From Eledone cirrhosa (lineage: Eukaryota), in assembly GCA_964016885.1 (NCBI GenBank), contig OZ024743.1, positions 277,512,001 to 277,576,000 on the forward strand: DNA of 64,000 nt. The letters run 5' to 3'. This document shows positions 13,984 through 28,510 of the stretch, one piece after another; the stretch's first letter is position 1, and each line of letters opens with the position of its first letter. Below the pieces are notes generated by a model, which was given only the letters and a program-made list of their open reading frames with translations, had not been told where the DNA came from and did no database searches. Both the position numbers and the translations under genes were made by a program.

Positions 13984-14682
13984 TATCTGTCTGTCCCTCC
14001 TATCTATCTATTCATCTACCTATCTACCAACCTACCTATTTGTCTGTCATCTGTCTGTCTGTGTGTCGCGTCTATATCTACTTAATTGAGTGATTATGTC
14101 TGTCTATTGCTGACTTAAACCAACAGTCAGCTGTTACTTACTCATACCTAGTGTGAAACACACATAACACAAACACACATAGAGACACACACAAACATAT
14201 TCGCTCACAAGTATACACACACACATTCACATACATACATGCGTACACACACACACACACACACACACAGACATACACACAAACACACAAATACACAAAA
14301 CACACACACACACACAACACACACACAGATACACACACATACACATGTTTTAGTTGAACATACCAAAAGATGACATAAAATGCTGTGAAAACAAATGCAT
14401 CAGGTTTAAAATGCGCAGATGGAGGTCATTCGGTGGGGAAATATAATCTTTGATCTCTACAAAGAAGGCGACCCACTGAATATAAGTTCGATCCCTTTCT
14501 AGAGCGGGATTCCTGGGATTCTTATACAAGCATCTGTATCAGTTTAATTAGTAATTTAATGATGTAAAAACATTGTTACTTTCAGGTGTAGCCATTCCGT
14601 CACCAAAGAATGTCTGACATTCATGAGTAGCTAGAGTCATCATCATTGCATTATTTCATAGACTCAAGACTTAATATATATG

Positions 14683-14743
<61 letters not shown>

Positions 14744-15009
14744 TATGATATGTTCGCATGTAAATATGGACGTATGGTTGAATATATATATATATAAATA
14801 CTCTATATAAGTATATATATATATGAATACATATATATACATACACGCACATGTATATATATATATATGTGTGTGTATGTGTGTGTGCGTATGTGTGTGC
14901 ATGTGTGTATGGGGTTGACGACTGAGAGAAAAGAATAGTGTTTGAATATTAATTTTATTAAGCGTGAATAATGAGTCCCGATACTCTGGAGTTTCGCCTG
15001 CTTAGCTTT

Positions 15010-15110
<101 letters not shown>

Positions 15111-15270
15111 AATAGGTAAATATTTATATTATATTTTTTAATTTTGATTAATTTTAATTCTATATTAATTTTGATTTATTTTGAAAAATTGGTTGAATTT
15201 TACTTGTTCTGCTAATCTTGATATATATATATATATAGTTAAAAGAATAGAGGTGTAACACACAAGTTAT

Positions 15271-15773
15271 TATATATTGGTAAACGGAATAGAAAATGCT
15301 GACAAATTGTTCACAGTTGAAAAATGGTTTAATTAGGAATAAAAGAGTATTAGTGATTGTATGGGTTAGTATTCAGTTGTGGTTTTAAGTTTTTAAGTTT
15401 TTACCGGTTGCGCATTTCTAAATGCTTTTCAAAAATAATTTTGAGATAGAGTGTCCGTGCTGTTTGCTCTGATCTGATTAGTTTTGGGAATTCTACCTGT
15501 TTTTATGTTAAAAAAGTGGCTCCAGCGTTATTTTTGTGTTGCAAAAATGCTTGTGGTCAAAACAATTTTGATTGGTCGGTAGAGGTCATGTGAATGTAAA
15601 AAGTTGATTTTGCGCCAAGACTGTTTTTATGTTAAAATGTTAAAAAAGTGGCTCCAGCAAAAATTCTTGGTCAAAACAATTTTGATTGGTCGGTAGAGGT
15701 CATGTGGATAACAAATTGGTTTTGCGCCAAGATTGAGAAATGACTCTTTCACAACAAATATGTGTGTGTGTGT

Positions 15774-15841
<68 letters not shown>

Positions 15842-16057
15842 TAGTAGTAGTAAGGTGTTCGATGCTGCGACAGTGGCCAGCAGCGATGTGTGTCAAATGG
15901 CTATTAAGATAAGTGTGTGTGTGTGTGTGTATATAGCAGAGTCATTCGAAGGTCAAAAGATATTTTTCAGCTTTTGTCTTATACGGAGAAGTGCGTGTGT
16001 GTGTGTGTGTGTATAAGTCTCTTTGTATGTTGATGTACGCGTGTGTATGTGTTTGTG

Positions 16058-16098
<41 letters not shown>

Positions 16099-16250
16099 AC
16101 CAGTATTTTTTTCCCCCTGGTAAAATGGTGTACATTATTCGATTTTTTCAGTAAAATCGGTTCTCTTAATAGAACATCAAAAATCTTAACAATAAAAGGT
16201 GTGAAATGATATTCACCATATATATATATACACACACACACACATATATT

Positions 16251-16299
<49 letters not shown>

Positions 16300-17368
16300 T
16301 ACATACATATATATGCACACATATTTTTTTGTATTGCACCATAGAGCATGTGTGTTTACGTGTGTCATTGTGTTTATATGTGGGTAGAGATGTGTGCTGA
16401 TATAGGTATGTATGTTGACGTGTGTATGTTGTGGGTTCGTCTTAGGGAGAAGTGTTTAGACGGGGTCCGTATTTGTTAATGAAGTAAGATTCCTTGCTGA
16501 TGCGCTGGGTGTGGGTGGCATTATCTTTAAATTTGTAGAGGGGAAAGATTCTGAAGTTGGGATGATTTTGGGCGGCACAGGTATCAATGTGTTCACTCAG
16601 TGGTATTTTCCTGTATTCCCGTATTTTAATTTGGGATCTATGGACAGTCATGCGTTGGCGGAGGCTGTTTTTGGTCTGGCCTATGTATTGTTCTCGACAA
16701 CCTGAACAAGTTAATACATATATTAGATTTTCCGATGCACATGTAAAATTGTGTTTTACTATAAAACGTTGTCCATCTTTGAAATAGAATTCCGAACCCT
16801 CTATTAGGTTGATGCAAATGCCACAGTTGGGTCTATCGCATTTTTTTACTGTGGGTTTCGTTGTTGTGGTTGGCAGTACTTTGGCATGTGTTAAGATGTT
16901 TTTCATTGACTTGGATTGTCTTTTGCTCTTTATGATATCGTGTGTTCGTAGAATCAAAATTGTTTTGACCAAGAATTTTTGCTGGAGCCACTTTTTTAAC
17001 ATTTTAACATAAAAACAGGCTTGGCGCAAAATCAACTTTTTACATTCACATGACCTCTACCGACCAATCAAAATTGTTTTGATCACAAGCATTTTTGCAA
17101 CACAAAAATAACGCTGGAGCCACTTTTTTAACATAAAAACAGGTAGAATTCCCAAAACTAATCAGATCAGAGCAAATAGCACGGACACTCTATCTCAAAA
17201 TTATCTTTGAAAAGCATTTAGAAATGCGCAACCGGTAAAAACTTAAAAACTTAAACCCACAACTGAATACTAACCCATACAATCACTAATACTCTTTTAT
17301 TCCTAATTAAACCATTTTTCAACTGTGAACAATTTGTCAGCATTTTCTATTCCGTTTACCAATATATA
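15271..17368 (-). mobile_element. Penelope-like element (Neptune-type), 5'-truncated, with an inverted terminal segment
   Basis: Minus-strand GIY-YIG ORF end; about 415-bp inverted repeat 15271-15687 / 16952-17368. Confidence 0.8.
16442..16951 (-). pseudogene. GIY-YIG endonuclease domain of a Penelope-like element
   Basis: KCDRPNCGIC Cys motif, then NLIYVLTCSGCREQYIGQTKNSLRQRMTVHRSQI...KESYFINKYGPRLN. Confidence 0.88.
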
Positions 17369-17387
17369 TATATATATATATATAATA

Positions 17388-17501
17388 ATAATAATTCTTT
17401 CTACTTTAAACACAAGGCCAGCAATGACCCAGTGCATTACTGGTACTTTATTTTATCGACCCCGTAAGGATGAAAGGCAAAGTCAACGTCGGCGGGATTT
17501 G
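17388..17501 (-). mobile_element. SINE 3' fragment
   Basis: CCCGTAAGGATGAAAGGCAAAGT core in reverse; (TAA)n adjacent to the tail. Confidence 0.8.
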
Positions 17502-17518
17502 ATATATATATATATATG

Positions 17519-17583
<65 letters not shown>

Positions 17584-17658
17584 ATATATATATAATAATA
17601 ATAAGTTGACGGACCCAGCGTATTTAACAATGCCAGGATGGTTGTATTTCAGTATATA

Positions 17659-17728
<70 letters not shown>

Positions 17729-18064
17729 ATATGGTAGTAACATGTGCTTACGCCGTATTTGACAACATACAATTTGTTAGTTGGATCTTAAAAAACCCTC
17801 TGAATGGACAAAAGGATGAGTATTGACGTACATGGGACACGAACCCACGAGCGTGTGTGCGAGTGCGCAGATGAAATTCCAGAGTAAACGACCCCTGTTT
17901 AGCTCAATGACACAGAGTGCACAGCCGGAATTTGAGAGGTTCAAAATTTGATTCTTTGTAGCGGTTGCAGTCAACTTTTTTCCGCCACTAAAGGTATTTT
18001 AACTGATTTTCTAAAGCTATGCTCACGAATATTTGCATGCGTTCGGGATATTCTACATTTCTAA

Positions 18065-18130
<66 letters not shown>

Positions 18131-18464
18131 GCAAACACATACACACACACACGCAAACACAAACACACACAAATAATTATATATATCATTGACTCCTTAA
18201 ATCATAATGAAGTTGTAATTACCCCATCTTGACACACACCGCCTCTTCGGTTCAGGATATATATATATATTAATAAAAGGAATTCCAACTTTGTCTGATT
18301 TACTCGTTTTATTTACAATCCTTTAAAATGTATAATGGTATTAGAATGAAACAGTATGGAAGAATATTAAATGTTAAGTGTTAATTGAACAAGTACTTTC
18401 ATGCTTTCGCAATCTTCAGGTTCACATTCTGTGGTGACAGTCAAGTTTGCAATTTTCAACTGTC

Positions 18465-18565
<101 letters not shown>

Positions 18566-19508
18566 TATACGTATTTGTGTGTTGTATGGTCTAAAACATA
18601 GCTATCTGGCTAGTTCTTCTTTCTTAAGTCGAGGAAGCATGTATTATTTTAGTAATGGGACTACTTCAGACTTGTCATATGTGATGACAAGTTATTTAGT
18701 ATATTGAATAAAATATAGTTTATTTTCCTTTCAGATGGAAAAAATAAGATAACAATAAGTTGCTTTTATGGCAACAGAGAGCTCTACTAAATTTCTCCGT
18801 TGTATTTTTTTTTTTAACATAAAAAGTAAATACATGTGTGTATGAATGTTTTCGTTATTGTATGTTTTTGACAATGAGTGCATGTTTGCGTCTCTGCTGC
18901 TGTGTGTACTTTCGGGTCCTAAATAATAGCCAGACCTGTCCGACCGTCCGACAGGGAGATCTCCCATCCGCTTTGGGGAGGGTGAGAGATGTCTTCTCTT
19001 GTGTAAATGGGTATGTATAGCTTTCATTATGTAAAATCTCCCCATTTTGCCTCATTCCTCCCCGTTTTGGGGCACCTTTTTTCATGATACTTCCCGTTTG
19101 GGCTTTTAGAGGTTGGCAGATCTGAATGGGTAGGGTGGAATAAACGAGTTTGGGGATGGAAAATCGGTTATTTTTTTAGGTTGTCTCCCTTGATTTCTTT
19201 AGAAACTAGAATTAGTCGGTTAGCTTACATACTGAGACCCCCAACTTATCCTATTTATTTTATGACGTATGGGATTTCTTGTAATGGTCTTTTTTGTCAC
19301 GTATAATGTTTTTAATATCTAAAGAAAATTAATTATCGCAGGAAGGCTACCACTTGAAATAAAATTTCGCCTGAGATGAATTAGCAAAATTAATAAGCGG
19401 GAGGGGGGATCTCAAAAATTAATAAGCTGGGCATTATTCGAGACTCGAGCTGACAGTCAGATGCTTCCACATGCTTAATAAAATTTGTATAGGTGTATAA
19501 TGTATATT

Positions 19509-19571
<63 letters not shown>

Positions 19572-19711
19572 TGTGTTATCGCGTCCTCTTGTTCGTTGAT
19601 TTCATGTTCCCTTGCCTTATATTATATTTGTATATATTTTCGCACACATGCATATGTAAACATACATTGTTTGTGTATATAGGGATCTATCTCTAACTCC
19701 TCTCTCTCTCT

Positions 19712-19780
<69 letters not shown>

Positions 19781-20079
19781 TGTGTTCATGCGAGTGTGCA
19801 GTTGAAACTCCATTAAATGGTATTGAATATATTTTTTACGTTCGTTAGTAATACACAGATATGATATATATATACATATTTCACACAGCTATCCATATAT
19901 ACGTCTATGTATTCACCAATCCATCCATACATATACACATATACATACATACATTCATACACACACATATATATATACACACACACCACACAGATATATA
20001 TATATATATATACCTGTATATATATATATATATATATGCACACACACACACGCACGCACACACACACATATACACACAT

Positions 20080-20151
<72 letters not shown>

Positions 20152-20577
20152 GTATATATATATATATATATGATTACATACGTATATTTTTCGATTTTCC
20201 TTATCCTCCATTGAAAGTCATATTTTCCATTGTTCTGCTCATTAATTAAAAATGATTTTCTCTTCTTTTCTTGATAATTATATTTCCTCAAAATAAGTCT
20301 ATAAAACACTATAAATATCAACTAAGTTTTAAAAAATACCAGTGTATTGAAACACAAATGTTGGCTGATGGATAAAGTTTAAAAATGTCAGATAATGAGT
20401 CAGTCTCGCTTTGCTGTAAATGGCAACACAGCCGTCTGTCATATGGCAAAATTGAATTCGATTCCTACAAGCAATTCTGTTTACTTTCTCGGCCTCTGGA
20501 GGTTTAAATGCCCAACCTGTTCGACTAATATTTAAACCTGCGTTGTACCAACTTACAATAAGCCAACATACTTTGAA

Positions 20578-20902
20578 AATAATAATTGTTTCTACTTTTG
20601 GCACATGGCCAGCAATTAGTCCAGTGCATTACTGGTACTTTATTTTATCGACCCCGTAATGATGAAAGGGAAAGTTAACCTCGGCGATATTTGAACTCAG
20701 AATGTAAAGGGGCGTAACTCTATGCTGCCAACCACCGCCCTTTCAAATAATAATGGTTTCTACTATAGGCACAAGGGCAGTAATTTGGGGACAGGGGAAA
20801 TTCGATTAAATCGATCCAGTACATTACTGGTACTTTATTTTATCAACCCCGTAAGGATGAAAGGCAAAGTTAACCTCGGCGGGATTTGAACTCACACCGT
20901 AA
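20578..20902 (-). mobile_element. Two tandem SINE copies
   Basis: Two reverse-oriented core and tail units (20578-20740, 20746-20902), each starting AATAATAAT on the + strand. Confidence 0.85.
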
Positions 20903-21576
20903 GTCAGAGCTCATCAACGAGGGCATGTACGTTTGTCAAATAGCATTTTAAAGTTTAAATACAAATATTTTCCCCACTTTACTTTAGAAAGTGGTTTTCC
21001 AGATGTAATCCCCTAGAGACATCTCTATTGAATCATGCACATGGTGAGAAATAAAGCCTGTTTCCCCTTAGCTTCAGATAAGAATCGTATTCTTAAGCTA
21101 GATTCAGTTTAGAGTGTGATTTTGATTTAACAGTCGGTGACATCTTACAATATTTCATGGAAGACTGCATCGTTTCGCTATTAAATAATCTTTAAAGATA
21201 CCTTATTCTCAAACACAAGTCTGCCTTATTTTGAGACTTCAGTATCCGAAAACACGTTGGCATGGTTAATGGGTTGCTGTAAGCAGATGGAACTTACGTC
21301 AGATCATACTCAAATATTGAATTACTGGAGCGTTAACAGTGTTTCATTTCAAAGCTACACTGTTATATAGAATATATCGGGAGATTTTTAGGTGAAACTA
21401 TATGTATAGATAGATGTAAACAGTTTGTCAGTCCACAAAGATATTCTATTCTACTATTTTTTACTCGTTTCACTCAGTAGACTGTATCCAGACTGGGGCT
21501 CCACCTTGAAGGTATTTTAGCAGTCATATCAACACTAGTAACTACTTATTTCAAATGTGGTACTTATATATATATA

Positions 21577-21736
<160 letters not shown>

Positions 21737-21824
21737 GTGATTGTAATCGCCATACCATCTGATGTGCAAGCCAAATCTTGTGTCAAGTTGCAAGTTATCG
21801 AATTATGGCGTATGTACTTGTGAC

Positions 21825-22898
21825 TCAGAGCTGTTTATATATGAAGCACGGTTCTGCAGGATAATGGGATCGATGGTCGGCTTCTTGTTGTCCTGATGTC
21901 TTAATATGAATGCCCGAGTATTTATGTTCGTGTAAATGGTGCAAAATCGAAACCATTCAATGTGAAAGTCGGACTCCGTCAAAGGTGCGTACTGACACCT
22001 CTCCTCTTCATTATTTTCATTAACAGGATTAACATGCGCAGCCGGGTTTGAAGTGATATCACGACTGGCAGGTGTAATATCAGCCGGTTGGAATTTGCAG
22101 ACGACATGGTGTTACTTATCTCGACAGAAAGTGATCTCAGACATGCAATTGATAGGTTTGATGCCGAGTGCTGCATGACTGGAATAAAAACCAGTGCTGC
22201 TGAGACACTCGTCCACTCAAGGAAGCCTGCGCAGTGTACTCCACATTTTAATGGAGTTCCACTGAAGTAGGTAGGGAAGTTCGAGTATCTCTGGTTCGTG
22301 TTCACGCGTGATGGAAGGCAGGAGATTGAATTAAGTGCAAGAATTACAGGAGCTGGTGCAGTAATGCGCCTGCTTCAGCATTCAGTAATCAGAAAAGTGT
22401 AAAAGCCAAACTCACTATCTTCAGTTCGGTATTCGTGCCAACCCTTATGTATGATCATGAATCGTGAGTAATGGCGGAAAGAATACGATCTCGAATACAA
22501 GCGACCGAAATGGGGTTCCCCCGAAGGATCTTTGGAGTAACGTTACTCGATATAGTACGTAGCTCGGAGATCAGAGAGTCACTTCAGGTAGAGCCGCTAC
22601 TTCTCCGAATTGAGAGATCACAGTTCTGATACTATGGGCATGTGGTTAGAATGTCTCAGGAAAGAATCACTGGACATATTTTACAGGCAAAACAACCGAC
22701 AGGAGACTCAGGGCTAGACTCCGAACAAGATGGTTGAATAACATCTACGTTTTCCGCTGGCCTCAGTTGAGGATTCAGCCGGATCAGTTGGAGACGGTTT
22801 CTTCTGACAGAACCCGCTGAAAGGAGTGTTTGAGGACTCTGCCCCACGACCATCTCAAGAAGAAGAAGAAGAAGAAGAAGAAGAAGAAGAAGAAGAAG
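21825..22898 (+). mobile_element. RTE-like LINE 3' fragment (degraded RT) with (AAG)n tail
   Basis: GLRQRCVLTPLLFIIF, LEFADDMVL, KFEYL motifs; ends in about 14 AAG units. Confidence 0.85.
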
Positions 22899-23034
22899 AT
22901 TTTCTATCTTTGTGATCAGTGTACAGTCACACGTACAACACACTTCTGTGAGTACTTCTGTATTCACACAACCGTTTCCACCACTCGGACAGATGTAATG
23001 CATGTTAAGTATTAAAAGAAAAAAATCACGATTT

Positions 23035-23270
23035 AAAATTTGAAATGTAGTTGTTCCACAACGTAAGTGACTATAGTAATAGTCAATAACTGTAAATACT
23101 ATTTGAGAAAATCGGGTAAAGTATCTCAGAAGACGTTAAAAAGTGGTCGGGGTGACTACAAAGAATCGAGCCCCGCATCGGTATTTTACTGGATTTTCTC
23201 AAATACGTATTATTTATAGTGATCGATAATTATATTCATCTCGTTTGGGACAAATACATTTAAAATTTTT
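23035..23270. mobile_element. Imperfect foldback / MITE-like element
   Basis: About 95-bp imperfect arms: AAAATTTGAAATGTAGTTGTTCCA...ATTTGAGAAAATC versus GATTTTCTCAAAT...TGGGACAAATACATTTAAAATTTT. Confidence 0.6.
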
Positions 23271-23606
23271 AATTCTCTCAATGTTTCTTAAGTCAACTGA
23301 ATGTTCACATTCTGAATTTAATTTTATTGGCAGAGTTCCTTATCAATTTGCCAGCTAGTACGATGATTTAAAACGAGGGAAAGAATTAATAGAAAACAGA
23401 CCAAAATAGAGAGATGTATCCAACGTTGTTTTTAAAAAGGCTTCCAGTAACATTAGATAACTGTATTAGGCGAGAGAGAGAGACAGAGAGAGAAAGAGAG
23501 AAAAAGAGGACAGGCAGAGATAGAAGCAGAGGACAAGATGTATATGTATATATATATTTATATACACACTCACACACACACAAACACATATATATATACA
23601 TACATG

Positions 23607-23683
<77 letters not shown>

Positions 23684-23752
23684 ATATATATATATATATA
23701 TACACATACATATATATATATATACTATATATACATATAGACGCACACACAA

Positions 23753-23846
<94 letters not shown>

Positions 23847-24498
23847 GAGAGGGGCAGAGTGTTGGCGGTATATAGAACATAGGAGAAAAAGATAAAAATA
23901 GAGAGAGGGAAGGAGAAAGACAGAGAAAACGAGAATGTGAGTGGACAAATCTGGCAGAGTTATATGATATTGTCACAGGATATTGTTGGTGGGCAGTAAA
24001 GTGTTAAGTCATTTATTATGACCAGTTCTTTTACTGCAGGCGTTAATGAACCCGTTCCCTTTCAGTTCAGAATTAATTACTGTTCTGCTTACCCTCAAGA
24101 ACTTCTCCAGCTAACGGCTGGGCAAACTGTCATTCATTCCAGCTTGATTGGATTCATAGAAAGCCATTTTCATTCACCAATCATATGATATGCTTCACTG
24201 AATTTTCCTGCATCTATCTATCTATCTATCTCTAGCTGTCTATCTATCTATCTATCTATATATCTATCTTTCTATTTATCTATTGTATGCTAGTATTTAT
24301 GTACATCCCCTCTACTCTCACTCTAGACACATATATATATATGTGCTTTTGTGTATGTGTATGAGTGTCTGCGTATATGTGTCTGAGTGTGAGTAAGTAT
24401 ATGCGAATATATATATTGATGTAGATACATATATACATATAGTCCAGAAATAGCTGTCGAAACGGCTTGAGCTCTGCCGTCGAGTTCATACTTTTTCC

Positions 24499-24538
<40 letters not shown>

Positions 24539-24583
24539 TACAAACACACACACGCACGCACACACGCACACACACACACACAC

Positions 24584-24740
<157 letters not shown>

Positions 24741-25494
24741 CATTCAGAAAATCTATTCTTCCTCTGAATCTATCTTTCGAGAATGAACTAGTCCGAAACA
24801 TTCAGATACTTTTCCAAGGATATCAAAGCCATTAATCTGACAGAACCTTACATTATATTATTATTGTGTGTTATTTGTTCGTGTTGATTGATATATATAT
24901 ATATAATATATATATATGCAAAAGTTTTATTTAAAATTGTTGGGTAATTGTTTTAACTGTATCTCTCCCACCTCGTATGATAGATATTTACTCGATCTAC
25001 CTCTTTTCTCCCACCACCTATATCTCTCTCTACCTCTCTTTATTTATCTATTTATTTCTCTCCGTATCCTTAACACTATAACTAAATAAATAAATAAATA
25101 AATAATTACAGTACCCCCTTCCCTCCTTAACCTCTCACTGTACGCTGATCATCTGTCCCCAAGCTGCCTACCATTTTTCACTTCCTCAATATATCTCTCT
25201 CTCCCATATCTCCTTCTCTCTCTATCTCGCTCTGTTGTTTTTCTTTACATACATCTCTTCATCTACTTCTCTAACTGTCCTTAGCACTATATACTCTCTT
25301 TCTTCTTCTCTTCGTCCTTAGCACTATACACTTTCCTTCTTTTTTTTCTTTTTTCTCTTCGTTTTTTCTCTTCGTTTTTCTTCGTCTTTCTTTATAACTG
25401 TCCTTAACAGTTTCACTACCAAATCAACTTTTTAAATGGAAGTTGCATTATTTTAAGGTATGTCAAATTTATTTATAAAACGGCTTATATATTG

Positions 25495-25560
25495 TATTTT
25501 GTCTGAGGAAGGCATACCATATTTTTAATATGATATCCCTGAAATATATATAATGAAATA
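25495..25560 (+). ncRNA. Type I hammerhead ribozyme motif (family H1, copy 1)
   Basis: Stem I TATTTTGT/ATGAAATA; CTGAGGA core; stem II AGG-C-ATACCATA...TATGATAT-C-CCT; GAAA; palindromic TATATA stem III; TA cleavage site. Confidence 0.7.
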
Positions 25561-25600
25561 AATATGGTTTTATAAATATAGTTTCCATTTGTTTAATATC

Positions 25601-25664
<64 letters not shown>

Positions 25665-25811
25665 CAAGACAAACTGATTTTCTTATGTAACAATGCCAGA
25701 ATCAAAAGTTTTCCAAGATAGACAGGGTTTTTCTCAAAGCATGTTTTTGGGGGTTTCTGCATCCGCTCACTCTCCTCTACCTTTCTATTTCTTCTTTGAT
25801 TTCTCATTCTA

Positions 25812-25847
25812 TTTTCTGATGAAGGACTAGCGTTCGAAACGTTAAGA
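25812..25847 (+). ncRNA. Minimal type I hammerhead ribozyme motif (Penelope-type)
   Basis: TTTT CTGATGA A GGAC TAGC GTTC GAAA CG TT AAGA; palindromic AACGTT stem III. Confidence 0.65.
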
Positions 25848-25930
25848 CTCTTTTCCTACTATATCTTTTCCTACTATATCAAGGGTAAATCTATAATATA
25901 TTTCATATTTCTTATTTCTTTATTCCAGTG

Positions 25931-26018
25931 TGTCGTTTGATTTGATATTTCGGTTTGCCTTTTGCGTATATATATATATATACGCAAAAGGCAAACCGAA
26001 ATATCAAATCAAACGACA
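25931..26018. repeat. Perfect 88-bp palindrome centred on (TA)8
   Basis: TGTCGTTTGATTTGATATTTCGGTTTGCCTTTTGCG(TA)nCGCAAAAGGCAAACCGAAATATCAAATCAAACGACA. Confidence 0.95.
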
Positions 26019-27187
26019 ATATGGGTAATATTAATATTATCCAATTACCAGTATGAGAATAGCTCGATGTAAAATAACAACTATAATACAGAGCCGGCAT
26101 ACTTTATAAATAACAATTAAACAGTGTTTAATGCCATTTAATTACTAACCATTGTTTCATCCAAGCACAAGGCCGGATTTATCGGAGTACAAATCAAAAG
26201 TTAGAACACACATAACTTTGTTAAAGAACATTCCTGGGTTACCATATATGTGAAGAAAGCTAAAATAATAGATGTTAACATACATTTAAGAGAGGAAGGC
26301 AAGAAGCACACGAAAAGGATGATCATATAAATATGATCAAGATTTAGCAGCAAGAGGCATTAAAAACAGGCTGATATACAAGAAAGAGAAAAGAAAAAAA
26401 GAAAAGCTTTGCTATAAGGAATTAAGCATAAAGTAGACATATCAAGCATTGATAAATGTACATACAATACAAGCAATACAACAGTCTATAAGAGCTAGTG
26501 CATGCATCAAATATTAAATTTGGTCAAGAATCCTTTTGCTAATAAATTCTCCCCCAAATCAAACGTAAAATAAGAGGGTGTGGTAAAATACCAGGTGGAC
26601 CATAACGCACCAGAGTACTCAATACTTAGGGTAGTAGAGTGGATAATATGAACTTTAATTCGGATCTAGCTGTCGATACGGCCGGAGCTCAGCCGTCGGG
26701 GGCCTGACTCTTTTCCTATAAAATATATATATATATATATATACACTACCTCCTCACGTTCTTTGTGGTATTTTATCTGGTGTATTCAGACTCCCTCTGT
26801 GCCCACTTACAACCCAAGGATAGGACTCCAAAGTACCTCAGTCGCTAGACCGTTGCACAATCAACACTCAATTACCGTGCCACGTGTTCCTTCTCATGTC
26901 GCCCATCCGACTCATGTATAGAATACAGCAACCGAAAACACAAAAATGTTCTTGAACCTTCAATTAGTTAGCAGAGTGTTCATATTCATTAAACAATTCT
27001 GTACAACTAATTTACAACTAAACCCCAGCTCCATCTTAACACTGCATTAGATTATCCTACACTAACCTCATACTATAAGATAATACCCTACACTCTCATC
27101 CCATACTACCATCACCATTAATTACATATCACCATCACCACTGCTAGCACCAACTCATCGCCATCGCTATGTCTTACCACCACTGCC

Positions 27188-27204
27188 TACACTACTACTA
27201 CCAA

Positions 27205-27264
<60 letters not shown>
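27188..27264. repeat. (TAC)n microsatellite
   Basis: Direct reading. Confidence 0.95.
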
Positions 27265-27639
27265 AACCATTATCATAACCCGGCTATCAGCATTGTTATT
27301 ATCCCAAGTGCAATTACCATCAACATCAACGGTGAAGACGGAGTCCTTGAACCAATGAGAGTACATCTTTGTGGTCGCTCCACACGCTAGAGATAACCAT
27401 ATCTCGATCCATTTGAAATGAAGAAAGAACATGTTAGATAATGTACTCCTACATACTCTTTAAAAAAGATGATCAGTGTTGACGAGGGACTAAATAACAA
27501 TCCCTTTTCTACTGCTACCGCCATTATCGTATCTATCACAATTCCACTGAAATCAACTTTACTTTGGCCATTGAAATCAAGTTTCAAAATCTTTAAAGCG
27601 TCGGTATTTTTCGGTTCATTATGTTCTTAGCCCGCCAAC

Positions 27640-27935
27640 CATCAAGGTCAACATTGCCTTTCATCCTTCCGCAGTTGATAAAATGAAGTAACGGAGGTCG
27701 ATATAATCGACTGCTCGCTTACGTGAAATTGAAGGATGTATAACTATATAAGAAATGAATATTATTTCAGGTTGGATTGGCAGTATCGGTAGAGGGTTGG
27801 ACGCCATGCTTTGCAGCATAGAGTTACGCCCCTTTCCGGTCTGAGTTCAAATCCCGCCGAGGTAAACTTTGCCTTTCATCCTTACGGATAAAATAAAGTA
27901 CCAGTAATGCACTGGGATAATTGCTGGCCTTGTAA
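27640..27935 (+). mobile_element. SINE fragment plus near-complete SINE
   Basis: TTGCCTTTCATCCTTCCG...; GGATTGGCAGTATCGGTAGAG...GAGTTCAAATCCCGCCGAGG...GGCCTTGT. Confidence 0.8.
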
Positions 27936-28064
27936 TGGAAAAACATTGACGTTTCAAGGAATTAAATTTCAGAAATTATTCAAGTATCTTATAGTTATTG
28001 CGTTGTAGTAGCCCTTGCAAAATCAGAAAATACTACACAAGGGATTAATCATTTACGACAAACA

Positions 28065-28194
28065 CCATCTTTCCGGGCGTCGAAGACGCGTCCTGGAGGC
28101 TGAAGGTTGTTTATTATTTTTTTTTCAAATTTTTGGTTGTCAAAATTATGGTGCTTCCTCGAGGACGAAGCGTCTTCGGCGCCGGGAAATACGG
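28065..28194. mobile_element. Tc1/mariner-pogo (Tc2-like) MITE
   Basis: Inverted termini CCATCTTTCCGGGCGTCGAAGACGC / GCGTCTTCGGCGCCGGGAAATACGG followed by TA. Confidence 0.65.
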
Positions 28195-28283
28195 TAACCT
28201 GTTAGACGTTCGTCTGTTTATCATAAAATTCAAAGTTAGTCAACTCAGTAATTATATTTATTATATTATCATACCTCCACGTA

Positions 28284-28510
28284 ACGGTGGGTTGACAGAA
28301 TCGTTATGGCGTCGGACAACATTCTTACGGCCTTTAAGTTACAGCTCTGTACGTTCAAATCCAGTCGAGGATAACTTTCTGATGTCGATAAATCAAAGTA
28401 GTAGTCTAATACTAGGGTCGATTTAATTGCCTTGCGGTCCAGCCAAAAAAAAAAAAATAAAAAAAAAAAAAGATATACTGGCGTTGTGCCTAAATTAGAA
28501 ACCATTATTA
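28284..28510 (+). mobile_element. Diverged SINE
   Basis: GGTGGGTTGACAGAATCGTTA head, GTTCAAATCC, tail TTGTGCCTAAATTAGAAACCATTATTA. Confidence 0.75.

Noticed and set aside
18840-19480. Possible host exon or element fragment
   Set aside because: Moderate complexity but no recognisable domain or convincing splice frame; left unassigned
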